Below the pieces are notes generated by a model that did no database searches, was not told where the DNA came from, and saw nothing but the letters and a program-made list of their open reading frames with translations. Below, one piece after another: positions 57,493-64,000 of a stretch of 64,000 nucleotides of DNA (positions are counted from its first letter, which is position 1; each line of letters begins with the position of its first letter). A program made the translations under genes and the position numbers. Location: contig CAZWBM010000001.1 of the NCBI GenBank assembly GCA_964632405.1, forward strand, positions 40,850 to 104,849. The letters run 5' to 3'. The DNA comes from an uncultured Candidatus Peribacteria bacterium. Lineage in GTDB: Bacteria > Patescibacteriota > Gracilibacteria > BD1-5 > JAGOOR01.

Positions 57493-58353
57493 ATGCAGGA
57501 ACACAAGGACATATCTCTCCTCTCCGGATACCAAACACCAGCAAAAGCTCGGTATTTTATCGAATATACTGGAGCGAATACTGACGAGCTTCAGGAGGCA
57601 ACCCAATTTGCTCACAAAAATAATCTTCCTATCTTGACGATTTCTGGAGGCAAGAATCTCCTTCTTGCTTTCGATGAATATCCAGGGCTCGTCATTCACA
57701 ATAATTCTCAAGGATATTCCTTTGAGGGAACTTCATTGACCGTTGCATCAGGACACCTTATTTGGCAACTAGCGGAAGAATTGGAAGAAAAACATGGCAT
57801 CACCTTGTGGCATCGTTTCCAGGGGCTTCCTGGATCCATAGGAGGAGCAGTCTTTGGCAATGCGGGATGTTTCGGCCTCGAAATAGGTCCCTATATTACG
57901 TCTATTGAAATCCTCGATACCCAAACAGGTGAAATATTAACGAAAACCGGAACTGAACTCAATTTCAGATATCGCTGGTCTGAGTGCAAGAATCATCCTG
58001 AATGGTTTCTACTCTCAATTATGTGCGATCTCTCTGAGCTCAGGGAGAAATATGCTTCCACCGAAGAACCTCTCGCTTGGCGGGAAAGAGTCCAGCCAGA
58101 GTGACTTTCCTGTGGTTCATTTTTCAAAAATCCCAGCCGTGAACAGTCCGCCGGATCACTTATTGAATGAGTAGGCCTCAAGTGACATCATATCTGAGGA
58201 GCATATTTCTCAGAGAAACATGCGAATTTCCTCTTGTCTGATGGGACAACAAAATGGACTGATCTGGTACAATTGGTTGAGCTGGCCCAGAAAAAAGTTC
58301 TGGAAAAGTTTCACATACAACTGGAGCCAGAAGTTCGGATAATTCGATGATAA
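57493..58353 (+). CDS. murB: UDP-N-acetylenolpyruvoylglucosamine reductase
   Basis: FAD-binding N-terminal part (GGKNLLL, GLPGSIGGAVFGNAG). After TGA 58102-58104 the sequence continues -G-LSCGSFFKNP ... SAGSLIE-G-VGLK-G-HHI-G-GAYFSEKHANF. TAA stop at 58351-58353. Confidence 0.9.
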
Positions 58354-58516
58354 ATTTTGAGCTCTAAATATTTAGCAGATATTTTAGGTATTAAGTATTA
58401 TTTATTTTATAATATATTATTACATATAGTCAATAAAATGGTACTTGTAATATAAAAATAAAAGCATATACACATATCATACGGAAAGATATTTTATTTT
58501 CTCAACCTTCTTTCTT

Positions 58517-61282
58517 ATGAATATTTCTATTTTTGAAAGATGTAGAAAAATAATTGCGGCTACTCTTGTAGGAACGATAATGTTTTCTTTTATTAGCCCA
58601 GCGTTTGCTGCAACTGCATTTGGCTCTGTCTCAACAGCACAGAATGGTGCTCCAGGAGGAAATACAGGAACGCTTACTATTACTAGGCCCTCTTCCACAG
58701 CATCGGGAGACTTTTTGATAGCTGCGATAACATTTAATGGAGGTACTGGAACTTCTTTTACAACAGTCCCGTCAGGATGGACACTGATCAGGAGAACTGA
58801 TAGTAGCACACAAGTAGGAATGGCTACTTATTATAAGGTGGCAGGAGGATCTGAACCTGCTAGTTATGCTTGGGTAATAAACAACAGTAGTTCCACACCA
58901 CGTATGTCCGGAGGTATTATCAGATATACAGGCATAAATACATCTACCCCCATCGATGTTCACGGGGCTAATGATGGCAATAATGACACACCTATTGCTC
59001 CATCTGTAACAACAACACAAGCAAACGACAGAATAATTACATTTTTCGGCGTCGATAATGACGAAACTTTTTCTCAACCTTCTGGCACCACGGAAAGATA
59101 TGATATCACTAACAGTGACAACAGTGGCCCAGGATCAGCAGCCGATGATTTTATCCAAGCGAGCATCGGTTCTACAGGTACCAAGACTTCTGATAATAGT
59201 GGAACTAGTAATGATCAATGGGTTGCTCAAACAGTTGCTCTCAAAGAGGCAGTTGCTGCTGATGTCACAGCTCCAGTTATTGCTCAAGTAACTCCTGTCC
59301 CAAGCCCAACGACCGACAATACACCCAATTACACATTTACTACTGATGAAGCTGGAACCATTACATATGGAGGAGACTGTTCAAGCGTTACGACATCTGC
59401 AGTTGTTGGTTCTAATACGATCACTTTTAACACATTGGCTGACGGAACACATTCAAATTGTACTGTTCGTGTCACAGATGCTTCGTCAAATGCGAGCAAT
59501 ATTCTCGCAGTGAATACATTTACGGTTGATGCAACAGCCCCTGTGATAACTCTCTCTGGCTCAACTCCAGTGACAGTAGAAGTAGGCAGTGTGTATACTG
59601 ATGCCGGCGCAACTGCGTCTGATAATCTCGATGGAGACATCACAGGATCTATTATCACAGTGAATCCTGTAAATAGTAATGTTGTTGGCTCTTATACTGT
59701 TACCTACAATGTTTCCGATGCAACTGGCAATGCGGCAACACAGGTCACGAGAACCGTCAATGTCGTTGATACCACTGTTCCAGTTATTGCACTTCTTGGT
59801 TCCGCGACAGTCTCAGTGAATTTTGGTGATACATATACTGATGCTGGAGCAACTGCTTCGGATAATTATGACGGAAATATCACAGGATCTATCATTACAG
59901 TTAATCCAGTGAATACAGGAACAATTGGTAATTATATTGTCACCTACAATGTCACAGATGCGAATGGAAATGCCGCTGTTCAAGTCACGCGTAGCGTCGA
60001 TGTCGTCGATGTGACAGCCCCAGTTATCACCGTTACAGGAGCAAATCCTATGACGATAGAAGTTGGAGGCACTTACACTGAGCTCGGTGCAGTCGCGGCT
60101 GATGATGTGGATGCAGATTTTGCAGCGACACCTTCAGGTTCGGTCAATACAAGTGTTCTAGGTACCTATACTATTACCTATAATGCCACAGATACTTCAG
60201 GAAATGTAGCTACAGCTGTTACCCGTACAGTGAATGTCGTGGATACCACTGTTCCTGTTCTGACTCTTCTCGGAATCACTCCGACGAGTGTGGAGAGAAC
60301 AACGGTTTATACTGATGCTGGTGCAACTGCCAATGATAACCTCGATGGGGATATCACAGGATCTATCATTGTCGTAAATCCTGTAAACACTCTCGTTATC
60401 GGCGTCTATGTCGTGACCTATAATGTCAGTGATACAAGCGGAAATGCCGCGGTAGAGATAACCCGTACAGTGAATGTCGTAGACACAACAGCTCCCGTCA
60501 TTTCTGAAACAACCCCGGTCCCAACACCAACAAGCGACAATACTCCAAACTATACTTTCACTTCAAACGAAGCTGGTACTATTACCTATGGTGGTTCTTG
60601 TAGCAGCGCTACAACATCTGCATCAAGCGGTGCTAATACGGTTACTTTTAACACTCTCGCTAATGGCACATATACGAACTGTACGATTACCGTAACAGAT
60701 GGGGCATCAAATGTCAGCAATGTGCTCAATGTCAATGAATTTACTGTAAATGTCTCAGAAGGAGAAGGAGGAGGATGAGTCGGGTGAGTCGTAGATCCTA
60801 CTGGAGGAGTTGGTACCCCACCAACACCAACACCGGAGCCGACCCCAACTCCGGAACCAGAGCCAACTCCGAGCAATACCCCTGAAGTTTTCTTTCCTCC
60901 GATAGAACCACTTCCACCAGAAGAGGAAGCAGTAACACCACCAGTCAATACAAATACTAATACTGGAGGAACGACAACTACCGGAGGAACCGGAGGGACA
61001 ACTACAGGCGGTACCACGACGACAACCGGAGGCACCTCTACATTTAATCCCGCCGACGCTACGCTCGATACCGGAGGTGGAGGAACAGAGGAAGTAGTTC
61101 CAACGGATGAAACATTTAACCCTGCGGATGCGACGCTTGATGTCGGAGGAGGAGCTGCTGTTGTAGAAGATAATTCCTATACACTTCTCTGGTTACTTAT
61201 GGCAATCCTCGCACTTCTCAGTGGATGGTGGTTCTTTGCCGGAAGAAACAAAAAAGAAGCTGATCATAGACGAGCTCATTAA
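58517..61282 (+). CDS. Large surface protein with four tandem Ig-like repeats, Pro/Thr linker and C-terminal TM anchor
   Basis: ORF 58517-60778 continues through two TGA codons to TAA 61280-61282. 921 aa. Signal/TM N-terminus. The C-terminus LLWLLMAILALLSGWWFFAGRNKKEA is a hydrophobic anchor followed by basic residues. Confidence 0.85.
59528..60488 (+). repeat. Four tandem repeats of about 240 bp (80 aa) inside the surface protein gene
   Basis: Repeating unit TAPVITLxGxxPxTVExGxxYTDAGATAxDNxDGxITGSIIxVNPVNxxxxGxYxVTYNVxDxxGNAAxxxTRTVNVVD, also recognisable at the DNA level (for example 59597-, 59837- and 60311-). Confidence 0.8.
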
Positions 61283-61300
61283 TTTCTTTTCTCGCAAAAT

Positions 61301-61328
61301 AAAGAGGTCTCCGAGACCTCTTTATTTT
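61301..61328 (+). terminator. Intrinsic terminator
   Basis: Stem AAAGAGGTCTC/GAGACCTCTTT is followed by a T-rich tail, 19 nt after the stop codon. Confidence 0.7.
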
Positions 61329-61360
61329 GCCTTTTCCTCGGTTTTTCCTATATTTCTTCC

Positions 61361-62335
61361 ATGCAAACTCTTTCTGATTTTTCCTCTGAACTCGCGAAAA
61401 AACTCACAGCTCTCCACCATGTCGCTCTCATAGCCCACAAGGCACCAGATGGCGATGCCTACGGTTCTCTGGAAGGCATGAAACAGCTTCTTATCGCAAA
61501 TTACCCAGATATCGCCATATCGGTTGTTGTACCCCCGGAAAAACAGAGGGATACCCATGTGAATTGGATACTCTCATCAGAACCTGTACCGCTCATACCT
61601 ACCACAGCGGAGCTCGTTCTCTTTCTCGACGCCTCACCACTTTCACGCACAGCTCTGAAAGTAGAGAATTATCCCAAACAGAAAGTCGTCACTATCGATC
61701 ATCATGAAGCACAAGAGGAGAGCATTCCTGGTTATCGAGATACCGATGCCCCTTCCACAAGTGTTATTTTGACCGATATAGCTCGGGAACTTGGTTGGAA
61801 GATTACTCCAGTTGCCGCCACTGCTTTGCTTCTGGGAATCTATACCGACACAGGAGGTTTTATCCATAGGAATAGCAACCAACGAGCATTTGAAACAGCC
61901 GCATTCCTTCTCGGAAAATGAGCCGATCAAGCACATATTACCGAAGAGGCTTTTGGGAATGATACTCTTGAATACCTGCATGATCTGGGCAGAGGACTTC
62001 TCTCTATCGTGCAAGTGTGAAACATTGCCTGTCTTTTTTTCCAGGAAACAGAGAATAATAGCCATCTGAAGTCCCATATTATAGGCTACTTAAGCGGGCT
62101 CAAAGGTGTCGATATCGCTTGTGTTCTCATGCAGAAATGAGATGAAATAAAAGGCTCTTTTCGTACCCGAAAGGAAAATGTCGATGTCAATGAACTGGCC
62201 AAAAAGCTCGGTGGTGGTGGTCATAAGAAAGCATCTTGATTTGTCCTCGAAGGGAATATAGACAATAATATTCTTGCCTGGAAAGGGAAGACGTATACCC
62301 CAAAAGACTTTATAGAATACATAAAAACCCTCTAA
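61361..62335 (+). CDS. DHH/DHHA1-family phosphoesterase (NrnA-like)
   Basis: Motifs HKAPDGDAYGS, TIDHH and GIYTDTGGF. After TGA the DHHA1 motif GGGGHKKAS-G-F follows. TAA stop at 62333-62335. Confidence 0.85.
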
Positions 62336-62337
62336 TC

Positions 62338-63498
62338 ATGCCCACCCTCCGATTGCAAAAATATCTCTCAGAATGTGGAGTCTCATCGCGTCGTCATGCA
62401 GAAGAAGCGATAAAGCGAGGGGATGTCATCGTGAACGGCACAGTAGCCCAGATAGGCCAATCTATCGATCCGGAAGAAGACACAGTAGAATTCTCTGGCC
62501 AGCTCGTCAATCGGAGTGCAGGTCTCGTCTATTACGCTATGAATAAACCACGGGGCATCGAGACCACCTGTGCACAAAAGGACGGTAAAAGTATCGTCGA
62601 CATAATAGATACACCTACTCGTATCTTTCCCATAGGGCGGCTTGATAAGGATTCGAGTGGTCTTATTCTTCTCACCAATGATGGACGTATCACACATCGC
62701 CTTCTACACCCCTCTTTTGAGCATGAGAAAGAATATCTCGTGACGACGTATGGAAAAATAGATGACCAATACCTTCATCAAATGAGCCAAGGAGTGCGGT
62801 ATACTATTACAGAATGACCGAAAACTTCGACACGTTCGCCATCTTCGACATGATCCAGAAATTCCTTCTCAAAGACGTCCCCACTTATTCCAAAAAAGTT
62901 TGTTCAGACACAGCCCTGTGAAATAAAACGTGTCAGTTCTGATACATTTCGGATCATCCTCAAAGAGGGAAAAAATAGGCAGATTCGCCGTATGGTAGAG
63001 GCCTGCGGACACGGCGTGAAAAAACTCAAGCGCATCCGTATCGAGCATATTCTCCTCGGAGATATGCCGGAAGGTGCCTACCGAGAACTCAAACGAGGCG
63101 AACGCGAAGAGATGCTTCGTCGATCGGCTCTCCCACTCGTCGATTATCCCCCCATTGTGGGCGAGGTCGTCCATGGCGACGGTAAAGGCCATATTCTAGG
63201 CTTTCCAACAGCCAATATCGTCCTAGCTCCTGGAATTCTTCCTGCAAAAACCTTCACTTGTCGTGTGACTTTGGATGGCGAAGTATTTCTCGGAGCCGGT
63301 TCCTATCAAGAAAAAAAGTGACACTTCGAAGTACATATACTGTCTTTTGATAGAGATATCTACGGGAAAATTCTTCATATCGATATCATGGATGTCATAC
63401 GAGATAATCGCGCCTTCACTTCGGAGAGTGAGCTCAAAACACAAATAGAGAAAGACGTGAACCATGTCCGTGCTCACTGGAAAAGCGTATTGGAATAG
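62338..63498 (+). CDS. RsuA/RluB-type pseudouridine synthase fused to a riboflavin-kinase-like domain
   Basis: S4 domain (LRLQKYLSECGVSSRR), catalytic RLDKDSSGLILLTNDG, and EGKNRQIRRM. These are followed in the same frame by VGEVVHGDGKGHILGFPTANI ... FDRDIYGKIL ... IRDNRAFTSESELKTQIEKD. Three in-frame TGA codons. TAG stop at 63496-63498. Confidence 0.8.
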
Positions 63499-63501
63499 TT
63501 C

Positions 63502-63888
63502 GTCATACCGTGCTTGACACGGTATCCAGGTCATTAAAATCCTTCTATGGCATATAGAAATTTTCTTCCTTGTGTCTACATTATGGCAAGTGAGAGAAAT
63601 GGCACCTTCTATATAGGCAGTTCCAGTGATCTCGTAAAAAGAGTTTGGCAACATAAGAACGAATACTTTGAATGATTTTCAAAAAAATATAATACAAAAC
63701 TTCTCGTGTATTATGAAGTTCATGATAGTATGGATAGCGCTATTACCCGAGAGAGACAATTAAAAGAATGGCAGAGAAACTGGAAGAAAGATCTTATAGA
63801 AAAACATAATCCAGACTGGAGAGATCTCTATGATGACATTGTTTAAGGGCTTTGAGTTGACCTGGATCCCGACTTTCGTCGGGATGAC
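63502..63888 (+). mobile_element. GIY-YIG ORF cassette bounded by hairpin-containing terminal inverted repeats
   Basis: The left end GTCAT-ACCGTG-CTTGA-CACGGT-ATCCAGGTCA (63502-63533) is the reverse complement pattern of the right end TGACCTGGAT-CCCGAC-TTTC-GTCGGG-ATGAC (63858-63888). Confidence 0.6.
63547..63846 (+). CDS. GIY-YIG nuclease superfamily protein (small UPF0213-like form)
   Basis: Absent from the track. MAYRNFLPCVYIMASERNGTFYIGSSSDLVKRVWQHKNEYFE-G-FSKKYNTKLLVYYEVH...AITRERQLKEWQRNWKKDLIEKHNPDWRDL. TAA stop at 63844-63846. Confidence 0.8.
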
Positions 63889-63951
63889 GTTCCGGACACT
63901 TTGATTTTGGAAAGCATAACATATACTTCGTGTAATCAAAACTAAATATCC

Positions 63952-64000
63952 ATGTCCCAAATTGTCATTCTTCATCCTCAGTGCGTGCGCCTTGGCGGAG
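63952..64000 (+). CDS. Start of an unidentified gene (runs off window)
   Basis: ATG 63952 gives MSQIVILHPQCVRLGG. Too short to classify. Confidence 0.2.
   Translation, partial: MSQIVILHPQCVRLGG

Noticed and set aside
60586-61035. 149-aa Pro/Val/Gly-rich minus-strand ORF
   Set aside because: It is antisense to the Pro/Thr-rich linker of the 58517-61282 surface protein, and its composition mirrors the sense strand.
1-64000. CRISPR arrays, rRNA genes, integrases, transposases, reverse transcriptases
   Set aside because: On manual reading I saw no regularly spaced direct repeats and no motifs for these features. The only repeats seen are the coding tandem repeats and the intergenic elements already reported.

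Overview
This window looks like a candidate-phyla-radiation bacterium that reads UGA as glycine (translation table 25, as in Gracilibacteria and Absconditabacteria). In-frame TGA codons fall on invariant Gly positions of GyrA, ClpB, RadA, UvrA, UvrB, MurB, IF-2 and a radical SAM enzyme. The supplied standard-code ORF track therefore cuts most genes into pieces. I re-joined the pieces by hand, treating only TAA and TAG as stops, and got about 60 CDS and one tRNA-Leu(GAG). I saw no rRNA, CRISPR array, integrase or transposase.

Housekeeping genes:
- gyrA (3' part), miaB, infB, rnc, nusB
- rpsF-ssb-rpsR followed by an L32-like gene
- hrcA, clpB, radA, uvrB, uvrA, murB, and an S41 protease

Accessory content is dominated by envelope and surface genes:
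- two type IV pseudopilins
- a matrixin plus two tandem SLH-like paralogs
- a LemA-TPM pair followed by a roughly 1800-aa protein that fuses a T4SS-pilin-like N-terminus to at least 8 PKD domains, then a second PKD membrane protein and a PrsW protease
- a 963-aa Asn-rich adhesin
- a 921-aa protein with tandem Ig-like repeats

Observations most worth follow-up:
1. A tightly packed GreA-like / dTMP-kinase-like / CYTH / MoaA-like radical SAM operon with no molybdopterin genes nearby.
2. A 650-bp non-coding gap carrying an RNase P-like 3' motif.
3. A roughly 120-nt structured repeat present twice, with compensatory stem changes.
4. A GIY-YIG ORF bracketed by hairpin-containing inverted repeats, plus a solo copy of that repeat elsewhere.
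5. A perfect CIRCE-like operator inside the clpB promoter.
6. A pseudouridine synthase fused to a riboflavin kinase domain.
7. An orphan receiver-domain gene cluster of unknown function.

All calls come from reading the sequence by eye. No database search or folding was run.
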